From Pseudomonadota bacterium (lineage in GTDB: Bacteria; Desulfobacterota; Desulfobacteria; Desulfobacterales; RPRI01): DNA of 64,000 bases. The DNA lies in contig JBDRRF010000065.1 of the NCBI GenBank assembly GCA_043825875.1, positions 1-64,000 on the forward strand. The letters run 5' to 3'. A program made the position numbers and the translations under genes. Positions 31,024-41,216 of this stretch are shown piece after piece. Position 1 is the first letter of the stretch. The number at the start of each line of letters is the position of its first letter. The notes below the pieces were generated by a model. It saw nothing but the letters and a program-made list of their open reading frames with translations. It had not been told where the DNA came from and searched no databases.

Positions 31024-32100
31024 TCAACTTTGAGTTTGCGTATACTCTGTTTGCAAAGTCAGAATTAATTCTTTTACCGAAATAATTTTGTTAATTCTGT
31101 AAGCATTGGAACCTGCAAAAGCAAAGCCGCTTTTAAATTTCCCTCGTTTAGCTCCTGCAAGAGCCAATGCAATGCAATAAGGACTATTTTCAACATCACA
31201 TGTTTTGATACAATGATAAGGGCATTTGAAGGGTTTTTTAGCGCCGTTTTCAACATCATCTAAAAATTTGTTATGTAAGGCACGGCCGGGAAGCCCCACC
31301 GGGCTGTTGATTATCATCAGATCTTCCTGTTTTGCATCCAGGTAAGTCTGCTTGAAAGCGGGGGCTGCATCGCACTCAAAGGTAGCTACAAACCTGGTTC
31401 CCATCTGTACACCTGCAGCACCTAAATCTATCATTTTACGAATATCTTCACCAGTATAAATACCGCCTGCAGCTATAACCGGAATAGTTGTGCCATGTTT
31501 GGCAGCTATTGGTCCAATTATTTCGATTACTTCTTTAAGCAGTTTTTCAAGTGCATAGTCAGAATCGTCTATCTGTTCTTTTTTAAAACCTAGATGTCCC
31601 CCGGCTTTAGGTCCTTCAACAACAAAAGCATCCGGCAAACGCTTGTATTTTGACATCCATTTCTGGCATAAAAGCTTTGCCGCACGTGCAGAAGAAACTA
31701 TCGGCACAAGTTTTGTCTTGGCACCTTCAACAAGATATCCAGGAAGATCCAAAGGAAGACCGGCACCTGAAATAATTATATCAACAGCTTCTTCAATAGC
31801 TGCTTTTACCAGTTCGGCATAGTGAGTCAATGCCACCATAATGTTAACGCCGATTATTCCTTTAGTCATAGCCCTTGCTTTTCTTATCTCCTGTTTAAGA
31901 GCTCTAATATTTGCCCCCACCGGGTCTTTGGAAACATCGGGTTCATCAATGCCTATCATTGCAGTCGCAATTATTCCAATTCCTCCTTCATTAGCTACAG
32001 CCGAAGCAAGTCCGGACATGGAAATTCCTACTCCCATACCACCCTGTATAATTGGAACACTACTAACAAGATCACCAATTTTTAACGCACTGAAACACAT
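31024..32100 (-). CDS. Nitronate monooxygenase/FabK-like flavoprotein
   Basis: PIIQGGMG, VEGPKAGGH, VIAAGGI, GVQMGTRF; AAGGAG RBS before 32100. Confidence 0.88.
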   Translation of the reverse strand: MCFSALKIGDLVSSVPIIQGGMGVGISMSGLASAVANEGGIGIIATAMIGIDEPDVSKDPVGANIRALKQEIRKARAMTKGIIGVNIMVALTHYAELVKAAIEEAVDIIISGAGLPLDLPGYLVEGAKTKLVPIVSSARAAKLLCQKWMSKYKRLPDAFVVEGPKAGGHLGFKKEQIDDSDYALEKLLKEVIEIIGPIAAKHGTTIPVIAAGGIYTGEDIRKMIDLGAAGVQMGTRFVATFECDAAPAFKQTYLDAKQEDLMIINSPVGLPGRALHNKFLDDVENGAKKPFKCPYHCIKTCDVENSPYCIALALAGAKRGKFKSGFAFAGSNAYRINKIISVKELILTLQTEYTQTQS

Positions 32101-32473
32101 ATTAATTAAAAACTCCTTTGAAATTAATTCTGATAGAATAAGGCCTTTGAAAAATGAACAGCTTTGACCAAGTACCAATTAACCGCAGAAATACATTTAA
32201 GTATCGTGGGGATTGATATTTGAACCTGACACAGTAACAGGTTGATAAAGATGTATTATACAAAGATCTCAGATTTTTATTTTATAGGGTGAAATAGAAT
32301 TTTTTGCAAAGCTTTCCAGCAATTTTACAATAGTTTTACAATTGGTAAGCTCATAAACATCTCGAAAAAATTCTTTTCCGGCATTTCAGCTTTTGGCAGA
32401 CCAATAATCTCAATGCATACATCTTCGGATTATACCAACGTTAAATTAAATGTAAAAAGGCCCGTCTTTTATA

Positions 32474-32522
32474 TTGACATCATGACAATTCGTTCTATAA
32501 AATGACGCTATATTCATTTTAT
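32474..32522 (+). promoter_or_regulatory. sigma70-like promoter overlapped by a likely TetR operator
   Basis: TTGACA (32474) with TATAAA/TAAAAT; inverted repeat ATAAAATGA-N8-TCATTTTAT at 32497-32522. Confidence 0.65.
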
Positions 32523-32555
32523 GACATATAATTTGATTTGCAAAGGGGCCATATA

Positions 32556-33188
32556 ATGAAAAGCAATAATCTTACAAGGCGTGAAAGAGAAAAACTGCGG
32601 CAGCGCCAAGATATAATCAAAGCAGCTCTCGAGCTATTTTCAGAATTCGGCTACCACAATGTTTCAATGCATAAAATTGCAAAAAAAGCAGAGTTTGCGA
32701 TCGGAACAATGTACAAGTTTTTTCCCAATAAGGAAGAATTGTATCGTGAAATGATTATGGAATTTTCAGAAAAAGCTAATGCCGTCTTTATTGAAGCTCT
32801 TGAAATTTCTGGTAATGAAATTGAAAAACTGCGAAATTATGTAAAAGTTAAAGGGGAATTCTTGATGGGAAATGAATCTACTTTAAAAATATATATTGGC
32901 AGAACCAATCTGGCCAGCTCTGATGTAACAGCATGTTTTAATGAAGATATCAGGATGTTATATGAAAAACTTCTTAATAAGCTCGCTGCTGTTTTCGAAT
33001 CGGGCATTAAAGCGGGAAGGTTTAAGCCTTTACTTGAGCCTTATTATTTTGCTGTTTCACTTAACAGCGTAATAAGTTCTTTTTTGCTCCTTTGGCTCCG
33101 TGATCCCAAGAAACATCCTTATTCGAATAACGCGATAGCGGTTCTTGATCTCTTCTTAAGCAGTATTAAAAGAGATAGCAAAGACTAA
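32556..33188 (+). CDS. TetR/AcrR family regulator
   Basis: AALELFSEFGYHNVSMHKIAKKAEFAIGTMYKFF.NKEELY. Confidence 0.92.
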   Translation: MKSNNLTRREREKLRQRQDIIKAALELFSEFGYHNVSMHKIAKKAEFAIGTMYKFFPNKEELYREMIMEFSEKANAVFIEALEISGNEIEKLRNYVKVKGEFLMGNESTLKIYIGRTNLASSDVTACFNEDIRMLYEKLLNKLAAVFESGIKAGRFKPLLEPYYFAVSLNSVISSFLLLWLRDPKKHPYSNNAIAVLDLFLSSIKRDSKD

Positions 33189-33269
33189 AAAAGCATAAAA
33201 TTTAATAAATACCGTGATATAATTTCCATAGTTGCATACAGAAATATTGATCAATTCAAAAGGTGATTT

Positions 33270-34424
33270 ATGAAAGCTTACATTATGCCAAAAAAAATAT
33301 TTACAGTTTTTATTTTTGTTCTTTTTATTTTAACATTTGTGTCTTGTTCAAAACCTGATAACCCGGCACAGGAAAAGACAGGTCCAGCACCTGTAGTGTC
33401 TGTAGATGTTTATAAAATTCCGGAGCCAAAAGACTTTCCCGTTGAATTGGAATATCCCGCAAGAACAAAAAGTGTAAGTAGTGTTACTATTGTCGCAAGA
33501 GTTTCCGGGATCTTACAGGAAAAGCTCTTTACGGAAGGCCAATCGGTTAAAGCGGAAGATCTTCTTTTTACAATTGAACCGGATATATATGAAGCTGAAG
33601 CTGCCACAGCTCAGGCACTTCTGGAACAGGCTATAGCTCAGTTGAACAAAACTGAAAGAGACTGGAAAAGAATGAACGCCCTGTATGAAGCTCAAGTAGC
33701 CAGCGAACAGGACCGTGATGCCGCTATTTCGGCATATGAAATAGCAAAAGCTTCAGTTTCAGCAGCAAAGGCGCGTTTGTTACAGACCGGAATTAATCTT
33801 AATTATACGGATGTACATGCAACAGCATCCGGTGTTGCCGGGCTAAGAAACGTAGATGTGGGTAATTTTGTAAGTGCCGGCACACCATTGGTTACTGTGA
33901 CACAAACAGATCCTGTATATGTTGACTTTTCACTGCCGGATATAGATTTTCTTAAAACACAATATGAAATTAAAAGCGGTACCTGGGCAAAAATGGGAAA
34001 AATGCTCTCGGCCTGGCTTATTACGGATAATGGTAGGTATGATGAAAAAGGAACCGTAAATTTTGTCGACACAAATATTGATGAAAATACGACTTCCGTA
34101 AAAGCAAGAGCTATCTTTCCGAACCATAAAAGCGAAATACTTCCTGGTCAATTTGTAAGGATCAAAATTGAAGGACTTAAAAGAAAAAGTGCTATTACTG
34201 TACCTCAGCAATCCGTTATCCAGAATCCCGGAGGCACTATTGTATTTATTGTAAAAGATGGAAAAATAGCTGTCAGACCGGTTGAAGTGGGCGATACCAG
34301 CGGAGAAAATTTTATTATAGAAAAGGGATTAAATGAAGGCGATCTGGTTGTAATAAACAATTTCTTTAAAATAAGGCCGGATATGCCTGTAAAAACAGAC
34401 AAAATTACAAATAAAGAGGCATAA
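33270..34424 (+). CDS. RND efflux periplasmic adaptor (AcrA/MexA-like lipoprotein)
   Basis: Lipobox VSC, ARVSG, EGQSV..LF.I, LPGQFV. Confidence 0.93.
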   Translation: MKAYIMPKKIFTVFIFVLFILTFVSCSKPDNPAQEKTGPAPVVSVDVYKIPEPKDFPVELEYPARTKSVSSVTIVARVSGILQEKLFTEGQSVKAEDLLFTIEPDIYEAEAATAQALLEQAIAQLNKTERDWKRMNALYEAQVASEQDRDAAISAYEIAKASVSAAKARLLQTGINLNYTDVHATASGVAGLRNVDVGNFVSAGTPLVTVTQTDPVYVDFSLPDIDFLKTQYEIKSGTWAKMGKMLSAWLITDNGRYDEKGTVNFVDTNIDENTTSVKARAIFPNHKSEILPGQFVRIKIEGLKRKSAITVPQQSVIQNPGGTIVFIVKDGKIAVRPVEVGDTSGENFIIEKGLNEGDLVVINNFFKIRPDMPVKTDKITNKEA

Positions 34425-34429
34425 GTATT

Positions 34430-37400
34430 ATGTTTTCTAAATTTTTTATAGAAAGGCCGTTACTGTCCACAGTTATTGCTATTGTCATAACCCTTGCGGG
34501 GATTATTGCTCTAAAGGAATTAGCCGTCCAGGAGTATCCTGCCCTGACACCTCTTCAAATAATAGTCAGAGCTGTCTATCCGGGAGCAGATGCAGATACC
34601 GTTTCAAGAACAGTGGCAATACCGCTTGAAGATTCTCTAAACGGTGTCAAGGATATGATTTATATATCAAGTACTGCATCTTCCGATGGATCACTGACGA
34701 TGAGCGTATTTTTTAATGTAGGCACTGATCCGGCTATGGCAAGAGTCGATGTAAACAACAGGGTACAGATAGCTCTAAGCACTTTACCCGAAGAAGTACA
34801 AAGGCAGGGAATTATAGTTCGTGAACGTTCTCCGGATATGCTTGCAGTATTGTGCTGGATCTCGGAAAATCGAAAGCGGGATATAATCTCTCTTTCAAAT
34901 TATATTGCGATAAATATTGTTGATGATCTTAAAAGAGTACCGGGAGTTGGTGATGTATTTCTTTATGGTGAAAAGAAATACTCAATGAGAGTGTGGCTCA
35001 GGCCTGACAAATTGGCTGTTTTCGGACTTACTCCTTCGGATATAAGCGATGTTATCAAGGGTCAGAATAAGCAGTTCACAGCAGGCGGAATCGGTGAGGA
35101 ACCCAGCTCAACGGCACAGATTTATACATACAGCGTAAGAGCTGAAAGTAGATTAAAAACGATTGGAGAATTTGAAAACATCATCATACGTTCAAACCGG
35201 GATGGTTCATCTTTAAAACTGAAAGATGTCGCCAGGGTGGAACTTGCAGCAGAAGACTACAGCATGAAAGGTTCGTTTAAAAGAGAGCCCGCTGTAGCGA
35301 TGGGAGTTTTTTTAACTCCAGGTGCAAATGCAATAGCCGTTGGAGATGCGGTAAATAAAAAACTTGCTGAATTGTCAAAGAACTTTCCTCCCGATATAAA
35401 ATACTATCTGGTCGATGATATTACCAGATTTGTTAAAGAATCAATAAAAGAAGTTATAATTGCCCTTGTTCTCTCAATTATTCTTGTTACTCTGGTTATT
35501 TATGTGTTTTTGGGAAACTTCAGGGCCACAATTATTCCTGTAATGGCAATACCGGTTTCAATTATAGGCACCTTTGCGGGTATCTATTCAGCAGGCTTTT
35601 CTATAAACCTGTTAACTCTGTTCGGGCTTATTCTTGCTATCGGACTTGTGGTTGATGACGCCATCGTGGTCATCGAAAATGTGGAGCGTATTTTAAGGGA
35701 AGAAAAACTTAGTGTTAAGGAAGCAACTGTAAAAGCCATGCAGCAAATCACTTCACCTGTTATAGCGATTGTTCTTGTACTTTCTGCAGTATTTATCCCT
35801 GCATCATTTATTGGCGGATTCAGCGGTAAAATGTATCAGCAATTTGCCATTACAATTGCAATATCGGTTTTTATCTCCGGAATTGTAGCTCTTACTCTAA
35901 CTCCGGCTCTTTGCGTAATCTTTTTAGAAGAGACACCCCCACGCCCCATCCTGCCGATCAGGATGTTTTTGGTTATGTTTGATAAAATAACCAATAACTT
36001 TGCAAAGGTTGTTAAGCTAATAATAAAAACTGCAATAATTAATATTATGCTTTTTTGCATCATGATATTTCTTATATTTCATTTGGTTAATAAGCTGCCA
36101 TCCAGTTTGGTGCCAATGGAGGATAAGGGATTAGTTCTGGTTTTAAATTATATGATGCCAGGCACATCACTTAATCGCACTTTGCAAGCCGAGCTTGAAA
36201 TAGAAAGGATTTCCCAGTCCTATACTGAGGTAGCTCAGGGAGGAGGAATAATCGGGCTTGATTTCGGCTCCGGTGCCTTAAAAACGGATAGCTCTGCAAC
36301 CTGGACAAATCTCAAAGACTGGCCGGAGAGGAAAAGGCCTGAACAGTCGGCAAAAGCACTTGCAGAAGATATGAACAAAAAATTTTCTCAAATTAAGGAT
36401 TCTATGATATTTGCCGTTACTCCTCCTCCTATTAGCGGATTAAGCAATACGGGCGGATTTGAAATGTATATACAGAACAGAACCGGAGAATCCATAAGCA
36501 AACTTAGCGAATATATGCAGGAAATTGTTAAAAAGGCTAATGAGCATCCGGCTTTGATTGCAGTACGAACAACACTTAATACCAATGTGCCGCATTATTC
36601 GGTTGTGGTAAACAGGGAAAAAGCAAAATCTTTAGGGGTTGAAATTGATAAGCTATACAAAACGCTGCAAATGACTTTTGGTAAAACCTATGTTAATGAT
36701 TTGAATATGTTCGGAAAGACATATCATGTAAATATTCAGTCTGAAGGCAAGTTCAGGGAATCGGTAAATAATTATAATAAAGTCTTTGTGCGTTCACAGT
36801 ATGGTGGGCTAATACCAGTTAGTTCCCTTATTACAGTGAAAAGGATAGTTGATACAAGTGTTGTTGAAAGATTTAACATGTTTCCAGCCGCAAAAATCAT
36901 TGGAGAACCGAGACACGGCTTTTCAAGCGGTAAAGCGCTTAAGGTGATAGAAGAGATAGCTCTGGAAGTTTTACCGACGGGATATACAGTTGCCTGGGCA
37001 GGAACTTCCTATCAGGAGAAAAGTTTGGCTCAGACAGGCTATATCGCAACTGTTTATGCAGTTGTTTTTGTATTTTTAATACTTATTGCTCTTTATGAAA
37101 GCTGTCTGGCTCCTGTTGCAATTATTTTGTCCATACCTTTTGCAATATTCGGCGCTATACTTGGTGTATTGCTAAGAGGACTCGAAAGTGATATATATTT
37201 CCAGGTCGGTATTATTACTTTGGTTGGACTTGCGGCAAAAAATGCTATTTTAATTGTTGAATTTGCCGAAGAACGCTACAAAAATCATGGAATGCCCTTG
37301 TTTGAAGCAACTGTGGAAGCTGCAAGGATAAGATTCAGGCCGATAGTTATGACTTCTTTTGCCTTTATAGCCGGAACACTTCCTCTTGCTCTTGGTACCG

Positions 37401-37549
37401 GAGCCGGAGCCGGCAGCAGGAATATCATAGGCACAACTGTTGTAGCCGGAATGTTTTTGGCAACAACAATCGGAGTATTTGCCATCCCCCTGTTTTATTA
37501 TCTGATTATGAGAGCAAAACAAATATTCGAAGAAAAGGTGAAAAGATGA
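34430..37549 (+). CDS. RND multidrug efflux permease (AcrB-like, HAE1)
   Basis: MFSKFFIERP, GLVVDDAIVVIENVER, AKNAILIVEFA, RFRPIVMTS. Confidence 0.96.
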   Translation: MFSKFFIERPLLSTVIAIVITLAGIIALKELAVQEYPALTPLQIIVRAVYPGADADTVSRTVAIPLEDSLNGVKDMIYISSTASSDGSLTMSVFFNVGTDPAMARVDVNNRVQIALSTLPEEVQRQGIIVRERSPDMLAVLCWISENRKRDIISLSNYIAINIVDDLKRVPGVGDVFLYGEKKYSMRVWLRPDKLAVFGLTPSDISDVIKGQNKQFTAGGIGEEPSSTAQIYTYSVRAESRLKTIGEFENIIIRSNRDGSSLKLKDVARVELAAEDYSMKGSFKREPAVAMGVFLTPGANAIAVGDAVNKKLAELSKNFPPDIKYYLVDDITRFVKESIKEVIIALVLSIILVTLVIYVFLGNFRATIIPVMAIPVSIIGTFAGIYSAGFSINLLTLFGLILAIGLVVDDAIVVIENVERILREEKLSVKEATVKAMQQITSPVIAIVLVLSAVFIPASFIGGFSGKMYQQFAITIAISVFISGIVALTLTPALCVIFLEETPPRPILPIRMFLVMFDKITNNFAKVVKLIIKTAIINIMLFCIMIFLIFHLVNKLPSSLVPMEDKGLVLVLNYMMPGTSLNRTLQAELEIERISQSYTEVAQGGGIIGLDFGSGALKTDSSATWTNLKDWPERKRPEQSAKALAEDMNKKFSQIKDSMIFAVTPPPISGLSNTGGFEMYIQNRTGESISKLSEYMQEIVKKANEHPALIAVRTTLNTNVPHYSVVVNREKAKSLGVEIDKLYKTLQMTFGKTYVNDLNMFGKTYHVNIQSEGKFRESVNNYNKVFVRSQYGGLIPVSSLITVKRIVDTSVVERFNMFPAAKIIGEPRHGFSSGKALKVIEEIALEVLPTGYTVAWAGTSYQEKSLAQTGYIATVYAVVFVFLILIALYESCLAPVAIILSIPFAIFGAILGVLLRGLESDIYFQVGIITLVGLAAKNAILIVEFAEERYKNHGMPLFEATVEAARIRFRPIVMTSFAFIAGTLPLALGTGAGAGSRNIIGTTVVAGMFLATTIGVFAIPLFYYLIMRAKQIFEEKVKR

Positions 37550-38964
37550 ATAAGAAGCTTTGCATATTTATATTAGTATCGGCATTGGCGTTTTGTAGCT
37601 GTTCTTTTGCACCAAAATATTCTAAGCCTCCGGTCAATCTACCTCCTGATTCTGCCAAAGTTGCTGACAATGCCGCTGCCATCAACATAAAATGGTGGGA
37701 AAATTACGGAGATGAAAAATTAAATCTGCTTATAGAAGAGGCATTGAAAAATAATGATGATCTTAAACTGGCAGTTGTAAGAATTGAAGAAGCGAGATAC
37801 AGGCTGGGTTTTGCCAAAGCCGACCGCTTTCCTATTATAAATGCCAATGCAAACGCATCAAGACAAAGAACAAGCGAAGAAGCTTCGTTTTTTGGTGGTT
37901 CATATATTAATAATTATTTTTCTCTTTCAGCAAGTGTGGCTTATGAATTGGATCTATGGGGTAAAATAAGGAACCGGAAAGAAGCTGCTTTGTCTTCCCT
38001 TCTTTCCACCAAAGCCGGCAAAGATTCATTGCAAATTAGCCTTATATCTAATGTAGCAACAGTTTATTTTAATCTTGTATCTCTTGGACGCCAATTACAG
38101 ACCACTGAAAACATATTAACCAGTTATAAGGAAATCTATGAGTTCAGGCAAAAGCAGTACAAGCATGGTATCCTTGATGAAATGGTAGTACAGCAGGCAA
38201 AGGCTCAATATGATTCCGTGAAAATTTTGCTTGAAAATTTAAAAGAGCAGGATGCTTTATTGAAGAATACCCTCTCTCTTCTTTTGGGTAGAACGCCAAA
38301 TGAAATATTCGATAATCTTTATACGATTAAGCTTAAACTGCCAGAACCAATTAAAGTTCCTGCCATGCTCCCGTCAAAGTTGCTTGAAAACAGGCCTGAT
38401 ATCGTGCAAGCGGAAGAAGTCTTAAAAGCTACCAATTTTCAGATCGGAGTAGCCAAAGCTGCCTATTTCCCATCAATATCTCTTACCGGCGCTTTGGGGC
38501 TGGAAAGTTTTGAGCTGGATAATCTCATGCGATCATCTGCAAGAATGTGGAATATAGGTGGAAATTTAATAGAGCCTGTTCTTGATTTCGGCAGAAGAAA
38601 TTCAAATGTTAAAATTACAGAAGCACAGCAGAAACAAGCCGTCATTCAATATGTAAAAACAGTAAAAACCGCTTTTAAGGAAGTATATGATGCTTTGATC
38701 AAGATCAAGACTTCCGGCAATAAGCTTAGCGCCCAGGAAGAGGAGTTAAAAGCGCTTGAAAGGGTTTTATTTCTTGCCAATAAGAAGTATGAAGTTGGAG
38801 TGGTTGATTATCTTACAGTGCTTGATGCCCAACGTGGATATCTGAATTCATCTCTTAATCTTATAAGCTATCAGACGGAAGTAATTAACAGCCAGGTTGT
38901 TCTTTATAAGGCTCTTGGCGGTGGCTGGACCAAAGATCTTCTTTCGAAAAAAGCTTCTGAATGA
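37546..38964 (+). CDS. Outer-membrane efflux lipoprotein (OprM/NodT-like)
   Basis: WWENYGD..L, YELDLWG, RPDI..AE, LYKALGGGW. Confidence 0.95.
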   Translation: MNKKLCIFILVSALAFCSCSFAPKYSKPPVNLPPDSAKVADNAAAINIKWWENYGDEKLNLLIEEALKNNDDLKLAVVRIEEARYRLGFAKADRFPIINANANASRQRTSEEASFFGGSYINNYFSLSASVAYELDLWGKIRNRKEAALSSLLSTKAGKDSLQISLISNVATVYFNLVSLGRQLQTTENILTSYKEIYEFRQKQYKHGILDEMVVQQAKAQYDSVKILLENLKEQDALLKNTLSLLLGRTPNEIFDNLYTIKLKLPEPIKVPAMLPSKLLENRPDIVQAEEVLKATNFQIGVAKAAYFPSISLTGALGLESFELDNLMRSSARMWNIGGNLIEPVLDFGRRNSNVKITEAQQKQAVIQYVKTVKTAFKEVYDALIKIKTSGNKLSAQEEELKALERVLFLANKKYEVGVVDYLTVLDAQRGYLNSSLNLISYQTEVINSQVVLYKALGGGWTKDLLSKKASE

Positions 38965-38978
38965 AAGTGTACTCAAAT

Positions 38979-39036
38979 AATTAACGAAAAAAATCCGTGG
39001 TGCGCATTGCGATTCTGCTGGATTGCCTTTTTTGGC
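38979..39036 (-). other. Degenerate attC-like recombination site
   Basis: Minus strand GCCAAAA-AAGGC-AATCCAGC..GGATT-TTTTTC-GTTAATT; 58 bp with R''-L''-L'-R' layout, 7 bp after the ORF stop. Confidence 0.5.
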
Positions 39037-39043
39037 TTTTCTT

Positions 39044-39472
39044 TCATTCGCCAACGGTAAGCGCATAAACGCGTACGATGTAAGTGAGGATCGCCGTCAA
39101 GGTCAGCGACGCAATGGCACCAATCAATCGATAGGCAGCCAGATGTTCGGTAGCGTGAAGCAAAACGTGTGGCTCGAAAACAGCAGTAACAAGGCCGTCG
39201 ATCTTAGAGACCAAGTAGCCAGAAACAAACAGTGACACGCCCTTCCCTACGGTGGAGAAATTCTTTGCCTCAGTCTTCGAATCTGGAGAAAGCACCATTC
39301 CAAGAACCCAACCAAGTGCGCATGCTGCGATAAGGATAGCCGATGTCAGGTATCTCTCTTGTGGGATATCTGAAAGGCGCCAACCCATCCAAAAGAGCAC
39401 GACAAGCAATGCCGGCGCTACGATAGCAGTAATAATCCACGACGAATGCCGACCTGATTTAAATACTTCCAT
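39044..39472 (-). CDS. Orphan 4-TM membrane protein, GC-rich, cassette-like
   Basis: AAGGAG RBS, four hydrophobic segments, 34/60 GC at 39061-39120 versus AT-rich flanks. Confidence 0.75.
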   Translation of the reverse strand: MEVFKSGRHSSWIITAIVAPALLVVLFWMGWRLSDIPQERYLTSAILIAACALGWVLGMVLSPDSKTEAKNFSTVGKGVSLFVSGYLVSKIDGLVTAVFEPHVLLHATEHLAAYRLIGAIASLTLTAILTYIVRVYALTVGE

Positions 39473-39903
39473 ATGTAGGCTCCTTCTTAGCCGAATAATA
39501 TATTAAACAGTTTCCGTTTAATAACGGAAATTTCTAAAGGTGTCAATATCGTATTTATAAATATATTCAGTAAAGTACAAAACATTATTGGAATTTTCAA
39601 CTTGTTCAATAACGGTTTTCAAAACTTAAGAGGTTAACTGTTCAACAACAATGCAGCCTGTGTCACCCTTGCTCTAACGAGATTTGACACTATTCTCTAC
39701 TTCGGACACTTGGCAGGAAATCAGGGACGGGTATTGATATCTTGAAAAATTCTTTCTGTATCTCTAATTTCTTCTTGAGAAATCACAAGATATGCCAGCC
39801 ATTATTTGCTGTCACTCAGATCATAGTTGTGGAATGCTCTATTTTTTTATAACTTTTTCACGATTATATTGACAAAAGAGCGAAAAAATATAGCATCAAC
39901 TCC

Positions 39904-41208
39904 ATGAATGTTAAATCTATAAGAAAAAGTGATTTCATTACAGCGCTTGTTGCCGATAAAAAGGGTACAATATTTGAACTTGACGGATATGCTGCTGTTG
40001 GAATGGCAGCATCTTCTATAATATCATTGACAAAACAAAATACCGTTCCCATGCCTTATGGCGGTGAGTTTATGTTTTTGCCGGACAGGCATCCAATCCT
40101 TTTTAATCTTGAAACATCAAAACTTGAAACTGTAAAAAACAATCCATATGCCCCGGGCGAACCTATCTTTCCTGTAGCAGCTTTCAATTCACCTGGTTAT
40201 GTTCTTTCTCATGTTTGCGCTTATAAGGAACTAAAGGGGGCTAAGCATCTTCCTTTATTTTCATATGGAGCTGTTGGCTGGCACAATGGCAAATTTCGAA
40301 CAGCAGTAATACTTGTGGACAGTGAAAAAAGGCAGGATTTACGTCTGATGCCGCGCAACAAAATATTAGCGGGTATCCGCTTTATGAGAACAAAAATGCC
40401 ACATAACAGGTTACGCGCGCATCTTGAAAATTGCGCTTTAACTTATGGATGTCCTGCTGCGAAGAATTTTTTTCTAAGAAGATTTGAAGCACCCCTTCCA
40501 ACTTCAAAAAATTGTAACGCACAATGCTTAGGCTGTTTATCGTTACAGAAAAGTACTGATATTAAAAACAGTCAGGATAGAATTTCATTTACTCCAGCAC
40601 CCGAAGAAATTGCGGAAATTGCAATTGAACATATAAGAAAGGTAAAGAAAAGTGTTGTTAGTTTCGGCCAGGGTTGTGAAGGAGATCCCTTGCTTGCTGC
40701 TCATGTTATTGAACCTGCGATAAGGCTAATACGTAAAAAGACCCAAAACGGAACTATCAATATGAATACCAATGGTAGTATCCCGGATGTTCTTGAAAAA
40801 CTTTTTGATGCAGGGCTTGACAGTATAAGAATAAGTATGAACAGTGTCAGGCAAACCTGCTATACTTCATATTTTCGCCCAAAAGGGTATGCTTTTTCTG
40901 ATGTTATAAAAAGCATAAAAATTGCGATTAAAAAGAAAAAGTTTATATCCATAAATTATCTTAATTGCCCCGGTTTTACAGATTCACAGGAAGAACTGGC
41001 TGCTCTTTATAATTTTTTAAAAAAGTATCCGGTTAATTTCATACAGTGGAGAAACCTGAATTATGACCCTTTAAGATATTGGAAGAAAATGCCTGAAGCT
41101 GCGCCGGTGAGTACTCCTCTCGGCATGAGTACAATTCTTTCTATGATAAAAAAAGACTTCCCGGATTTAAAACACGGATACTTTAATCCACCGAAAGAAA
41201 CGTTTTAA
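39904..41208 (+). CDS. Radical SAM protein of unknown function
   Basis: CNAQCLGC (CxxxCxxC), FGQGCEGDP, NMNTNGS, GLDSIRIS. Confidence 0.9.
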   Translation: MNVKSIRKSDFITALVADKKGTIFELDGYAAVGMAASSIISLTKQNTVPMPYGGEFMFLPDRHPILFNLETSKLETVKNNPYAPGEPIFPVAAFNSPGYVLSHVCAYKELKGAKHLPLFSYGAVGWHNGKFRTAVILVDSEKRQDLRLMPRNKILAGIRFMRTKMPHNRLRAHLENCALTYGCPAAKNFFLRRFEAPLPTSKNCNAQCLGCLSLQKSTDIKNSQDRISFTPAPEEIAEIAIEHIRKVKKSVVSFGQGCEGDPLLAAHVIEPAIRLIRKKTQNGTINMNTNGSIPDVLEKLFDAGLDSIRISMNSVRQTCYTSYFRPKGYAFSDVIKSIKIAIKKKKFISINYLNCPGFTDSQEELAALYNFLKKYPVNFIQWRNLNYDPLRYWKKMPEAAPVSTPLGMSTILSMIKKDFPDLKHGYFNPPKETF

Positions 41209-41216
41209 TAAACAAT

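Noticed and set aside
32556..38964. TetR-RND efflux operon as a novel system
   Set aside because: Canonical AcrR-AcrAB-OprM-type organisation
39540..39900. Long intergenic region with GCTCTAAC and CACAAGATAT motifs (attC half or NrdR-like box)
   Set aside because: No matching partner arm or full consensus
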